From Prochlorococcus sp. AG-363-O06 (lineage in GTDB: Bacteria; Cyanobacteriota; Cyanobacteriia; PCC-6307; Cyanobiaceae): a stretch of DNA of 33,866 nt. Below the pieces are notes generated by a model. The model was not told the origin of the DNA and ran no database searches. It saw only the letters and a program-made list of their open reading frames with translations. The translations under genes were made by a program, and so were the position numbers. Positions 19,333 to 28,596 of this stretch are shown here, piece after piece. Location of the stretch: positions 1 to 33,866 of the forward strand of contig QCFY01000013.1 in assembly GCA_003280085.1 (NCBI GenBank). The letters run 5' to 3'. Position 1 is the first letter of the stretch; each line of letters opens with the position of its first letter.

Positions 19333-20892
19333 CTAAAAGCCTTTAAATGCAATCTTTAGCTTTCTATCTAAGTATTTAAGAAAGGACTCACTTGAGAGAC
19401 TTGATCCAGTCACCGTCTCAACCAATTCATCTGAATTCATATTTCGACCAATTGGATGAACTTCTTTTCTTAGCCAAGAAAGAAGTAAGGATTCCTGCCT
19501 TTTATTAATACAGCTTTCTATAGGGTCATCTGCATCAAATCCATCTTCTTGCAAATGATTAGACATTGACTCTGAAAGCTGGGCACTTATCAGATGTCCT
19601 AAGAGATAGGAAGGGAAATAACCAAACTGTCCCTCACTCCAATGGACATCTTGAAGGCAACCTTCTCGATCATTATTAGGTTGAATCCCAAGGAGGGACT
19701 TATATCGACTGTTCCACTCTGCTGGCAAGTCATCTACAGGCAATCCACCTTCAATCAACGCAATCTCCAAATCTGTTCTAATCAAAATGTGTAATCCATA
19801 AGTAAGTTCATCTGCCTCAACTCGGTTCAAGCAAGGCTTAAAACGATTCATTGCCCGCCAAAGGTCAAAACTCGAAGAAAAAGGTGCCCCTGCTTTGACA
19901 AATATTGGCCAAAAACGCTTAGAGAATGCTCGACTACGGGCAACTCTATTTTCCCAAAACAATGATTGACTTTCATGAACTGCCATCGAAGTGGCTTGTC
20001 CCACTGGCCATGCAAACCACTGATGACTTTCGCAAGGCAAGCCTTGTTCATAAAGGGAATGTCCTAATTCATGTGCAGTTGCCAAAAAACATGAAAGCGG
20101 TTGCCCATCAACTACTCGATTAGTCAAACGAAAATCGCATGGCCCAAGCGTTATAGAAAAAGGATGCGGAGATTGTGATAAGCAAGTTTTGCTTCTATCT
20201 ATAGACCAATCCTCAAACAACTGATTAGCCAATACTCCTTGGCTTAATGGATCAAGCTCCCAGGATAATGTTGGATTGTTCTTTATAGAACGAGATTGGT
20301 CTAGTAATTGAGGCAATGCCTTTCTTAAAGGATCGAAAAGGTTATTTAAACGAGAAATTGTCAAGTCTGGTTCAAAAGGCTGCGCCAACGTCTCCCAAGC
20401 AGTTCTTGGCTCACAAAGTTGACGCACTTCCTCGTGCCTTAAAGAAATAAGCTCTTTTAATGCTGGAGCAAAAATTTGGAAATCATTTTCAGATCTTGCC
20501 TTTTGCCATAGCTCATAACCTTTAGACTTAGATTTCGCCAAGGAAACAACCAAGCCTGTATCAAGGGATTTCTGGCGTTTTATATCTTGTTCGAGTAATT
20601 GGATATTCCTTTTTTTTTCAATTATTGTTTTGGGCTGAAGCTCTTCTAAGGCTAGAAGCTGCTCAAATTCTGCCTTTGCAGCATTTAAGAGATCCTGTAA
20701 TTGATCGCTACTTTGGCGCTCGTGTATCTGCTTGGCTAATAAACTTAATTGTTCTGCACGCCATGAGGCTCCTGCACAAGGCATACTTGTGTTCTGATCC
20801 CAATAAAGAGTGTTCTGAATTGAACCCAATAACTGGCTTTCTTTCAGATAAGCTCCAAGTCGCTTCCAAGCGAGCCCATGCAAGGCCAACAT
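19333..20892 (-). CDS. Carboxypeptidase Taq-like metallopeptidase (M32 family)
   Basis: HExxH zinc motif in HELGHSLYEQG. The M32-conserved segments GLHILIRTDLEIALIEG and RVEADELTY. 519 aa is typical for M32. Confidence 0.85.
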   Translation of the reverse strand: MLALHGLAWKRLGAYLKESQLLGSIQNTLYWDQNTSMPCAGASWRAEQLSLLAKQIHERQSSDQLQDLLNAAKAEFEQLLALEELQPKTIIEKKRNIQLLEQDIKRQKSLDTGLVVSLAKSKSKGYELWQKARSENDFQIFAPALKELISLRHEEVRQLCEPRTAWETLAQPFEPDLTISRLNNLFDPLRKALPQLLDQSRSIKNNPTLSWELDPLSQGVLANQLFEDWSIDRSKTCLSQSPHPFSITLGPCDFRLTNRVVDGQPLSCFLATAHELGHSLYEQGLPCESHQWFAWPVGQATSMAVHESQSLFWENRVARSRAFSKRFWPIFVKAGAPFSSSFDLWRAMNRFKPCLNRVEADELTYGLHILIRTDLEIALIEGGLPVDDLPAEWNSRYKSLLGIQPNNDREGCLQDVHWSEGQFGYFPSYLLGHLISAQLSESMSNHLQEDGFDADDPIESCINKRQESLLLSWLRKEVHPIGRNMNSDELVETVTGSSLSSESFLKYLDRKLKIAFKGF

Positions 20893-20973
20893 CCATAACT
20901 GAAAGAACCATAATCACAACATGCCCTAAAGAAAAGGCATTTTCATCAGTTGCATACGGCATTGAACACAATC

Positions 20974-21786
20974 ATGAAATCGAACAAGAAAAACTGGATC
21001 GGGTCAATTCTTGCAAGAATTGTCGATGCATTGGCTTCATATAGAGATAGCCTTACAAGGCAATTCGAAGAAGAAAAAAAAGCCAACCTAAATGGATATT
21101 ATTTAGATAATGTCAATTCCAAAGATGTTTATGTTGGTTTTTCATCTGTTGATATTCAATCAATAGTATCTCTAGCTGGGAGTGAGGCTGAGCACAAAGA
21201 AATCATGAGTTGGGCTAAAGAAAGTCTTAGCAGAGGGTCTCTTAGGCTTTTCAATAGACTTATAGACTCAAAATCATTAGATGCAATCAAGAATTCGATT
21301 AAGATAATGAGAACATATTCAATTCAAAAAAAATACAGGACTACATTTAGTCTGGCACCTTCTATAGCAATACTTTATGCCTTGGAAATAGTTTATATTT
21401 TATATTTCCCGTTTTTCGGTTTACAGTTTAACCTAATTAGCAGCTTGTTAGCATTAATTATATATATATTTTTCTTTCGACCTGTTTTCACTTTCCTATT
21501 AACAGAGGACTTAGGCTTCTTTGCTCTTGAAGTAAGTAAATTACAAAAGCGAAGCAAGAGAACTATCCGTTCTATTTCTATAATTCTAATATTGCTATTG
21601 TTCACTATTATATCTAAAGTCTACCTCTTAGTAGCTGTAAAGCTGCTTATGGCTAATCTATTCTTAGTACTAGTACTAAGTCCTTCTATAGTTATTAGGA
21701 GTATTTCAATCCTTCAAGAGCGTGGAATAGCTGAATTCCTTCACGAAGCACAAAAAGCAAGGACCTCAATAGGATTGATGTTTTAG
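20974..21786 (+). CDS. Hypothetical membrane protein (soluble N-terminal ~140 aa, then about 4 TM helices). ORF is open from TTG 20950
   Basis: Long ORF in a markedly AT-rich stretch with strongly hydrophobic segments (ILYALEIVYILYFPFFGL, LLALIIYIFFF, IILILLLFTIISKVYLLVAV, LFLVLVLSPSIVI). No family recognised. Confidence 0.5.
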   Translation: MKSNKKNWIGSILARIVDALASYRDSLTRQFEEEKKANLNGYYLDNVNSKDVYVGFSSVDIQSIVSLAGSEAEHKEIMSWAKESLSRGSLRLFNRLIDSKSLDAIKNSIKIMRTYSIQKKYRTTFSLAPSIAILYALEIVYILYFPFFGLQFNLISSLLALIIYIFFFRPVFTFLLTEDLGFFALEVSKLQKRSKRTIRSISIILILLLFTIISKVYLLVAVKLLMANLFLVLVLSPSIVIRSISILQERGIAEFLHEAQKARTSIGLMF

Positions 21787-21978
21787 TATTTTTTAAGGAA
21801 ATTTATTGTAGCAAACCACCTACTATCAAACAGAATTGTATAAGGTAATGTTGAAATAATTCATCACTAAGATTGCTTAATCTAAACTGAAAATGTTAAC
21901 TTATTAGAAGTGGCTAGAATTTACTTAATATGCTGAAGAAATTCCAACTAGAAACACTCAAATTATTATTGCCAAGAA

Positions 21979-22434
21979 ATGGATCAAATTATTTCAGAAC
22001 TAACATTCAAGACACCTGGCAAAGGCCTAATGGATATAACTCCATCAATAAAAAGATGGGTTGAGGAGAAAAATATTCTTAAAGGAATTATGATAATTTC
22101 CACCCAGCATACAAGCTGTAGTCTAACAATAAACGAAAATGCAGATCCAAGAGTTCTTAAAGACCTTAATTCATATTTAGATGCGCTTGTTCCAGAGGAG
22201 TGTTATTACTCTTTGAATTTAAAGAAAGAGAAAAAAGTTTACTTACATTCAGAAGAAGGGCCAGATGACATGCCAGCACATATAAAAACATCCCTTACAT
22301 CAAATAGCCTTAATTTAAGCATAATAAATAGTAAAATTATACTTGGCACATGGCAAGGGATTTATCTTTGGGAGCATCGAGATGCTTCTCATAATAGAAA
22401 AGTATTAATTCATTCAATTGGCGAGTATAGTTGA
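21979..22434 (+). CDS. YjbQ/UPF0047-family protein (secondary thiamine-phosphate synthase-like)
   Basis: About 150 aa. The conserved C-terminal GTWQGIYLWEHRD segment and the N-terminal …GLMDITP… pattern are typical of YjbQ. Confidence 0.8.
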   Translation: MDQIISELTFKTPGKGLMDITPSIKRWVEEKNILKGIMIISTQHTSCSLTINENADPRVLKDLNSYLDALVPEECYYSLNLKKEKKVYLHSEEGPDDMPAHIKTSLTSNSLNLSIINSKIILGTWQGIYLWEHRDASHNRKVLIHSIGEYS

Positions 22435-22546
22435 ATTACTATCAAAAAAGACAAAATACCAGTGCACTGACCTTGCACTAAAAGCTTTCCTTGATTATTA
22501 TTTAGTATACCTGGAGAGAATCATTTAGCTTGCACCCAAAAAAAAC

Positions 22547-22831
22547 ATGAAACCAAGACTGCTAACTCCTGAAGACATCAAATCACTTCAGGCCGACATA
22601 CCAGAATGGGAAGTCAAGGGCAAATCGATCACAAGAAACTGGCAATTTAAAAACTTTATTGATGCATTTGGCTTTATAACTAAAGTAGCAATGCTTGCAG
22701 AAACGAAGAACCATCATCCAAAATTTACTAATGTATATTCAATGGTCAAAATAGAATTATCTACGCATGATCTAGGTGGCCTAACTACGCTTGATATTGA
22801 ACTGGCACAAGGAATTGATAATCTTGATTGA
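22547..22831 (+). CDS. Pterin-4a-carbinolamine dehydratase (PCD/DCoH)
   Basis: 94 aa. Signature region …ETKNHHPKFTNVYSMVKIELSTHD… (the [E]xxxHHP…N-V…L-THD pattern). Confidence 0.85.
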   Translation: MKPRLLTPEDIKSLQADIPEWEVKGKSITRNWQFKNFIDAFGFITKVAMLAETKNHHPKFTNVYSMVKIELSTHDLGGLTTLDIELAQGIDNLD

Positions 22832-22862
22832 ATCACAGGTTGAAAATTCAAAACCTCCTATA

Positions 22863-22881
22863 GGATAATATATATAAATCC
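22863..22881 (+). promoter_or_regulatory. Candidate Fur/Zur-family metalloregulator box (ggATAATatatataaATcc, GATAAT-type AT-rich near-palindrome) about 70 bp upstream of the COG0523 GTPase gene
   Basis: Read directly from the sequence. COG0523 genes are commonly Zur-regulated in bacteria. The motif is a weak, by-eye match only. Confidence 0.2.
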
Positions 22882-22948
22882 AACTCATAAACTTTGAATG
22901 CTCATATAAGCAAAACTCCAAGACTCCAAAAAACCACCTTAACTAAAA

Positions 22949-23980
22949 ATGAGCACTCAAAATAAGTTAGTTCCTGTAACAATCATATCTGGGTTCTTAG
23001 GTTCAGGCAAAACCACGCTTCTAAACCATATATTAAGTAATCAAGAAGGTATTAAGACAGGTGTATTAGTAAATGAATTTGGTGAAATTGGAATAGACAA
23101 TGATCTAATCATTAGTACCAGTGAAGACATGGTGGAATTAAGTAATGGTTGTATTTGTTGTTCAATCAACGGGGAATTGCTTGAGGCAGTGGAAAAAATA
23201 ATCTCGAAAGAGAATTCAATAGATTATTTAATTGTAGAAACTACAGGTCTTGCCGACCCTCTACCTGTTGCAATGACTTTCCTTGGGTCTGAGCTTAGGG
23301 ACCATACTCGCTTAGATTCTATAATTACTGTGATTGATGCAGAGAATTTTGACGAAAAGCTATTAGCAGGTCAAGTTGCTCGGGCTCAAGTTATATATGG
23401 AGACATGCTTCTTATTAACAAATGTGACCTGGCTACAGAAGAAAAACTAATAGAGATTGAAGAAAAGATTACCTCCATAAAACAAGATCCAAGATTCATA
23501 CGTTCCATAAATGCGAAAGTATCATTGCCACTAATTATGAGTGTTGGGCTTTTTGAGACCGACAAGGTGATAAAGAAAAATAATATTCAACATGAACATG
23601 AACATGAACATGAACATGAACATGAACATGAACATGAACATGAACATGGACATGGACATGAACATGGAGAAATAGAGGGTTTTAGCTCCATTTCATTCCA
23701 AAGCAATAATCCATTTTCACTTAGAAAATTCCAGAATTTTCTTGACAATCAACTGCCTTCAGGTGTCTTCAGAGCAAAAGGCATACTCTGGTTTAATGAA
23801 AGTGAGAGAAGGCATGTTTTTCATCTTGCTGGAAAGCGCTTCTCAATAGATGACACTGATTGGACTGGTCCTAAAAAGAATAAGCTTGTTATAATCGGTA
23901 AAGAAATGAATAGCAAAATTCTTAAACAGCAATTAAAGGCATGCGTAACAATTCGTGGAGATGAAAGAGTCAAGGAATAA
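22949..23980 (+). CDS. COG0523-family GTPase metallochaperone (CobW/ZigA/YeiR-like) with an internal (His-Glu)n metal-binding tract
   Basis: G1 P-loop GFLGSGKTTLLNHIL, CxCC metal site (NGCICCS), Walker B-like VETTGLADP, NKCD G4 motif, the His-rich tract QHEHEHEHEH…HGHGHEHG, and the CobW C-terminal domain. Confidence 0.85.
   Translation: MSTQNKLVPVTIISGFLGSGKTTLLNHILSNQEGIKTGVLVNEFGEIGIDNDLIISTSEDMVELSNGCICCSINGELLEAVEKIISKENSIDYLIVETTGLADPLPVAMTFLGSELRDHTRLDSIITVIDAENFDEKLLAGQVARAQVIYGDMLLINKCDLATEEKLIEIEEKITSIKQDPRFIRSINAKVSLPLIMSVGLFETDKVIKKNNIQHEHEHEHEHEHEHEHEHEHGHGHEHGEIEGFSSISFQSNNPFSLRKFQNFLDNQLPSGVFRAKGILWFNESERRHVFHLAGKRFSIDDTDWTGPKKNKLVIIGKEMNSKILKQQLKACVTIRGDERVKE
23591..23668 (+). 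repeat. Hexanucleotide microsatellite (CATGAA)9 followed by CATGGA/CATGAA variants, encoding (HE)9-HG-HG-HE-HG inside the COG0523 gene
   Basis: Read directly from the sequence. In frame, so length changes would vary the His-rich tract without a frameshift. Confidence 0.9.
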
Positions 23981-24078
23981 TGCCAATCACCATGTTCTTA
24001 ACCTTTAGCCTAAGATGTATAAAATATCATTGTTGAATATATTCATCTCTTATCAAGAAAATAAACCTACTATTATTC

Positions 24079-25605
24079 ATGACTAAATTTAAACCTGGAA
24101 GAATCACCTTAAATACCATTGCGATTTCAATTGCAACTTTAGCTCTTTGGCCATTATTTGGACTTTTAGGAGAAGCCTTAAAAGGGATCCAATCTGGAAG
24201 CGTTAGCCTTGGACTAGATGGAGTAACTCAAATAAAAGGAACATTCCTATTATTAATTTCAACTTCTCTTTGTGGTGGATTACTAGGGACAATAAATGGT
24301 TGGTTACTAGCAAACTGTAGATTCAAAGGCAGAAAAATCTTGAGAATTTGCCAGCTCATTCCACTTGCCACTCCAGCTTATCTACTTACAGCAACATTAA
24401 TAGATCTAGGGAGTATAAATTCTATAAGAATCTATGGCATGGGTTGGGCTATCTTAATCATGACACTAACAACATATCCATATGTATTTCTATTGAGTAC
24501 TGAAAGTTTTGCCATATCCGGCAGGAGACAAATTGAAGCTTGCAGAAGTTTAGGAGTTGGCCCATGGAAAAGCTTTTTTCGAATTGCACTTCCAATGGCA
24601 TTGCCTGCAATTGGTGCAGGTATTGCTCTAATGGGAATGGAAGTTGTAAATGAACTAGGAGCAGTCCAACTATTAAACATCCCAAGTATTTCTGCTGGAA
24701 TTGTCGAAAACTGGGTATCTCAAGGTAATCCAACTGGGGCCATAGGGCTAGCAATAATTGCCCTAATAATTGTAATGACGCTAGTAGCTTATGAAAAATT
24801 TCTTAGAAGAAAGAGTCGAAGATGGGCGGAAGGGGTTGCCGGTGGTGAAGCTCCTGTATGGGAATTAAATGGCTATCGATCTTTGTTTGCAAAAATCGTT
24901 TGCTTGTTACCTCCACTCTTCACTCTTGGCATACCTTTATTTTGGATAATGTCTAATCTAGATAGAATTCCTCAAGGCCTTGATTATGAACTTCTAGTTT
25001 TAACCTTAAGAAGTTTCCTTCTGGGATTAGCCGCTGCAGGAATTGCTTTAATTGCTGCTCTATTTCTTGCAATTGCCAAAAGATGGAATACATCTAATTG
25101 GATGATTAGCCTAAACTTTCTAGCTGGTATTGGATATGCTATACCTGGAGTAGTACTCGCTCTTGCACTACTTTCATTTAGTGGAAAACCTTGGAATATA
25201 GCCCCAATCTTTCTACTTATTTGGGGCTATAGTGATAGATTTCTTGCTGTTAGTAAAGGTGGAATTGATGCAGCACTTGAACGTCTTTCACCAAGTCTTG
25301 ATGAGGCAGCGAAAGGCTTAGGTTGTAACTGGAGCCAAGTACTAAAAAGAGTCCATTTGCCATTACTAAAGGGACCAATAAGAGTGGGGCTTCTATTAGT
25401 TTTTGTCGACACATTAAAAGAACTTCCTCTCACATTTGTACTGAGACCTTTTAATTTTGACACACTTTCAGTAAGAATATTCCAATATGCAAGTGATGAA
25501 AGAATGGCAGAATCTATCTTACCAGCCCTTATGATTCTCACCTTAGGGCTAATTGCTTCCTTTGCACTAATTCCAGGTCTAGAATATTCAAATAAAAAGA
25601 AATGA
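24079..25605 (+). CDS. ABC transporter permease, fused two-domain type (FutB/HitB/FbpB-like iron(III) permease; a ThiP-like assignment cannot be excluded)
   Basis: 508 aa with about 12 TM segments as two tandem permease halves. Each half carries an EAA-like loop (EACRSLGVGPWKSFFRIALP and EAAKGLGCNWSQVLKRVHLPLL). No adjacent substrate-binding protein or ATPase. Confidence 0.8.
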   Translation: MTKFKPGRITLNTIAISIATLALWPLFGLLGEALKGIQSGSVSLGLDGVTQIKGTFLLLISTSLCGGLLGTINGWLLANCRFKGRKILRICQLIPLATPAYLLTATLIDLGSINSIRIYGMGWAILIMTLTTYPYVFLLSTESFAISGRRQIEACRSLGVGPWKSFFRIALPMALPAIGAGIALMGMEVVNELGAVQLLNIPSISAGIVENWVSQGNPTGAIGLAIIALIIVMTLVAYEKFLRRKSRRWAEGVAGGEAPVWELNGYRSLFAKIVCLLPPLFTLGIPLFWIMSNLDRIPQGLDYELLVLTLRSFLLGLAAAGIALIAALFLAIAKRWNTSNWMISLNFLAGIGYAIPGVVLALALLSFSGKPWNIAPIFLLIWGYSDRFLAVSKGGIDAALERLSPSLDEAAKGLGCNWSQVLKRVHLPLLKGPIRVGLLLVFVDTLKELPLTFVLRPFNFDTLSVRIFQYASDERMAESILPALMILTLGLIASFALIPGLEYSNKKK

Positions 25606-25630
25606 GGAGTTTATTCTAACAAATCAATGA

Positions 25631-26572
25631 TTATTTTTGCTTAGCGAAAGTAGGAACTAGCATTGCTAAGTCTGCAAGGGTTACAACTAATCTATAACAA
25701 AGCAAGCCTGCTAAAAGAGAAGCTTCTGGGACTGAATTCCCTATCCGCAATAAAACAGCAGATTCAAATACCCCGAGTCCTCCAGGAGCTCCAGGAATAA
25801 TTAATCCAATTGTCCATGCAAAAGCAAAGCAAGCAAGCCATTGCCCAAAGGAAAGTAAATCATTAATTAGGAATGCCTTCATACAAAACCAAAAACCGGA
25901 AAACCTAAACAAAACAAATAGCATTTCCACAAGTAATGGCTTCAAAGGATATGGCTTATTTATAGAAATGATTTTCTCTCTCAAAATGGGAGAATTAACT
26001 GTTGGAAGAGATTTCATGAATTGCTTAGCCTTACTTGCCTGCAAAATCATTAAGATTGGTTCACAGAATCTAGGAATGAAGATCAATGCCGGAAGAAAAC
26101 AAAAACAGGCAAACCCAAATTGCCAGCCACCAAAAGGTATAAAAAGTAATGCCGCTACAACCATTAATAGAGGCTCTATAATTACTGCAGTGATTGCTTT
26201 ACTTTGAGATATATACTTCCTAAGTGTTCTAAATCTTTGAACAAGGTGCCATATCCCTCCAGGAATATATTTAAGCAAGTTAGTTGTGAAATAAAGATTT
26301 ATTAATTCGACTTTTTCCAAGTTATATCCTAGCCAGAAAAGCAAACTTCTCCAGGCAAAAGCGTTGAATAAAATACTAATACATGTCAAGAAGAAGGCAA
26401 AGGTTAATGAGATGAATTCATATTTACTAATAGAGAAGTCTTGGAGATTATAAAAATTACTTGAAATACTCTTGCCTATAAAGATAAGAGTTAGAAGTGT
26501 AGTCCAAAACCTAAATCCACCAGGGAGGGAAGCTCTCCTTAAAATTTTCTTTATAGGTATAGTTTGATTCAT
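25631..26572 (-). CDS. UPF0104 family membrane protein (lysylphosphatidylglycerol-synthase-TM / ‘flippase-like’ domain)
   Basis: 313-aa polytopic membrane protein. The C-terminal IIPGAPGGLGVFESAVLL matches the conserved P-GG-G-E motif of the UPF0104/TIGR00374 family. Confidence 0.7.
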   Translation of the reverse strand: MNQTIPIKKILRRASLPGGFRFWTTLLTLIFIGKSISSNFYNLQDFSISKYEFISLTFAFFLTCISILFNAFAWRSLLFWLGYNLEKVELINLYFTTNLLKYIPGGIWHLVQRFRTLRKYISQSKAITAVIIEPLLMVVAALLFIPFGGWQFGFACFCFLPALIFIPRFCEPILMILQASKAKQFMKSLPTVNSPILREKIISINKPYPLKPLLVEMLFVLFRFSGFWFCMKAFLINDLLSFGQWLACFAFAWTIGLIIPGAPGGLGVFESAVLLRIGNSVPEASLLAGLLCYRLVVTLADLAMLVPTFAKQK

Positions 26573-26585
26573 AAATTATTATTTA

Positions 26586-27815
26586 TCAATTCCATTCTTC
26601 ATCAAACTCAAATATTGATTCGCTACACAATACCTCACTCCTAATTGCCTCTATAGATCTTCCAGATGCAAGTGATAATTTCACAAGCTCATCATGCTCA
26701 ACCTTAATTGTCAAATTTCCACCAGGTCGTCTCACTTGCTTTACCTTAACTTCTCCCAAAGAAGTCTTGCAAATACCAATTCTGCGAGGCAATACCCATC
26801 TACCTATAGATTTCTCTCTTAACCCCAAGGTAGGTCCAAGCTCAAACCACTTTAACCGAAGTAAATCAACTTTATCTGGATAGACTAAAGCTGTTATAGA
26901 AAAGCCTTGTCGCCCTTTCTTCATTTGAATTGGATTGGCAATCACTTCTATTGCGCCAGCACCTCGCAATTGTTCAGCAAAGTAAGCAATATCCTCAGGA
27001 GTGGAATCATCAATCCATGCCTCCTGTGAAAATAATTTCTGCCATTTCATTTCTGAGTTGCACTGTCTCAAATCCTTAACTGCTAAACCCTCTAATAAGC
27101 ACATTCTCAAAAAATTAGGTCGATCTAGCTCTCGATGACCCAAGCCAATCCCAATAGTAATTAAATCTAAAGAGCAAGGCAGCTCAAAAAAATCTGCAAG
27201 GCAAATCATTAACGCCAACCCTGTTGGAGTTGTCAACTCTCCTTTAGGAGTATTTCTACCAAAACCTAGTCTTATATTATGCATTTTCGCCATTTGTAGA
27301 ACTGCTGGCGCTGGAACTGGTAAAAAGCCGTGAGATGTTTCAACCATCCCATGGCCAGCTGGTGGCTGGGCACAAACTATTTGGCTTACTTTCAAGTAAT
27401 CAATAGCAGAGCAAACCCCAATCACATCAACCAGAGTGTCTACTGCACCTAATTCATGAAAGTGCACCTCATTAATGTCTTGACCATGTACATTAGACTC
27501 AGCCTCTGCTAATAATTCAAACACCTTTAAGCTATTATTTCTAACATTAATATCAAGTTTCGAGTTACCAATAAGGTCCTTTATGTCTCTCCATAGTCGA
27601 TGTGGCGGGTCCTCTTCAAGCACATCTACATCTACTCTTAAACCTCTTATCCCATTACTATGTGTTTCTTTAAGCCTTAAAGAATAAGGTTGCCCAATAC
27701 CAATTAATGATAGTTGAGATTCAATAATTTCTATTGGAACACCTAAATCAAAAAGACCGGCTAAAAGCATATCTCCTGAGAGACCAGTTGGACAATCAAT
27801 AAAAAGAGATTTCAT
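26586..27815 (-). CDS. larC: LarC-family protein (DUF111/TIGR00299; CTP-dependent nickel-insertion protein of the nickel-pincer nucleotide pathway)
   Basis: Hallmark N-terminus MKSLFIDCPTGLSGDMLLAGLFDLGV, about 409 aa, and the C-terminal domain typical of LarC. Confidence 0.8.
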   Translation of the reverse strand: MKSLFIDCPTGLSGDMLLAGLFDLGVPIEIIESQLSLIGIGQPYSLRLKETHSNGIRGLRVDVDVLEEDPPHRLWRDIKDLIGNSKLDINVRNNSLKVFELLAEAESNVHGQDINEVHFHELGAVDTLVDVIGVCSAIDYLKVSQIVCAQPPAGHGMVETSHGFLPVPAPAVLQMAKMHNIRLGFGRNTPKGELTTPTGLALMICLADFFELPCSLDLITIGIGLGHRELDRPNFLRMCLLEGLAVKDLRQCNSEMKWQKLFSQEAWIDDSTPEDIAYFAEQLRGAGAIEVIANPIQMKKGRQGFSITALVYPDKVDLLRLKWFELGPTLGLREKSIGRWVLPRRIGICKTSLGEVKVKQVRRPGGNLTIKVEHDELVKLSLASGRSIEAIRSEVLCSESIFEFDEEWN

Positions 27816-27939
27816 GTTTAATTAGAAATTGTGTCTAAATAATGTTTAGCCCTTAAATAAGAAATATTAACATAAGTGCTTCATATTAGTTTTTAAAATA
27901 TTTCCGAAGAATAAAATAGATAATAAATATATTAGATTT

Positions 27940-28596
27940 TTATTTATTCCTTGATGATGAAGAGCTTCTACCTCTTTTTTTTCCTCCTCTATTCAATACT
28001 TCTCCAATAACATCATATGCCTCAAGATGAAGAAATTGACCATTCCTTCTAACATCAAGGCTAACAAATTTACGTAAATTTTCCAAAGGGATACTTCCTT
28101 TTAATTGAACTTTAAATGGTAATGCTCTATTACGATTTGTTCTTGCTAGCTGTCTTACTTTGACAATTAAATCATTTGTCTCTGGCTTCGTAAAAATCAA
28201 CTCACCACGAATTGAGAAATAACCATCACCTTCAGGTAATTCATCCTTTAAAGCCTCTTGAGATTGATAAGTATTATTTCCCTCTTCTAGATCAGTCTCA
28301 CAACTTTTGTTCAAAGTGCTGGGCTCCCATATCCCAGCTATCTGAAGATGTAATTGACCAACTTCTCTACATCTGGGGTAAACAACCCATAAATGTGGTG
28401 TTTCAATGTTTAGATGACGTCTCATCAAGGTCATAACTCGACCAAGCACAACTGAATCCAGAGGTTGGCCTTCCAAGTCAACTAATTTGCCACGAGTAAA
28501 TATTTCATGACCTTCAGGGTTATAAGTCCCTCTTACAAGGCCAATGGCACGATATTGGAAAGGCTCTGTGACCTTAGGGATAGGGTGATCACGCAT
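27940..28596 (-). CDS. Hypothetical protein (218 aa, Lys/Arg/Ser-rich C-terminal tail)
   Basis: Clean ORF with its own upstream gap, no overlap, and the same strand as larC. No motif recognised. Confidence 0.5.
   Translation of the reverse strand: MRDHPIPKVTEPFQYRAIGLVRGTYNPEGHEIFTRGKLVDLEGQPLDSVVLGRVMTLMRRHLNIETPHLWVVYPRCREVGQLHLQIAGIWEPSTLNKSCETDLEEGNNTYQSQEALKDELPEGDGYFSIRGELIFTKPETNDLIVKVRQLARTNRNRALPFKVQLKGSIPLENLRKFVSLDVRRNGQFLHLEAYDVIGEVLNRGGKKRGRSSSSSRNK

Noticed and set aside
19848-21044. Several short ORFs (19848-20051, 19926-20123, 20625-21044, 20708-20971) overlapping the M32 carboxypeptidase gene and its upstream region
   Set aside because: They overlap a strongly supported 519-aa CDS, and the last two overlap each other. 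No independent support.
24432-25541. Antisense ORFs within the FutB-like permease gene
   Set aside because: Shadow ORFs inside a membrane-protein gene whose hydrophobic codons give open antisense frames.
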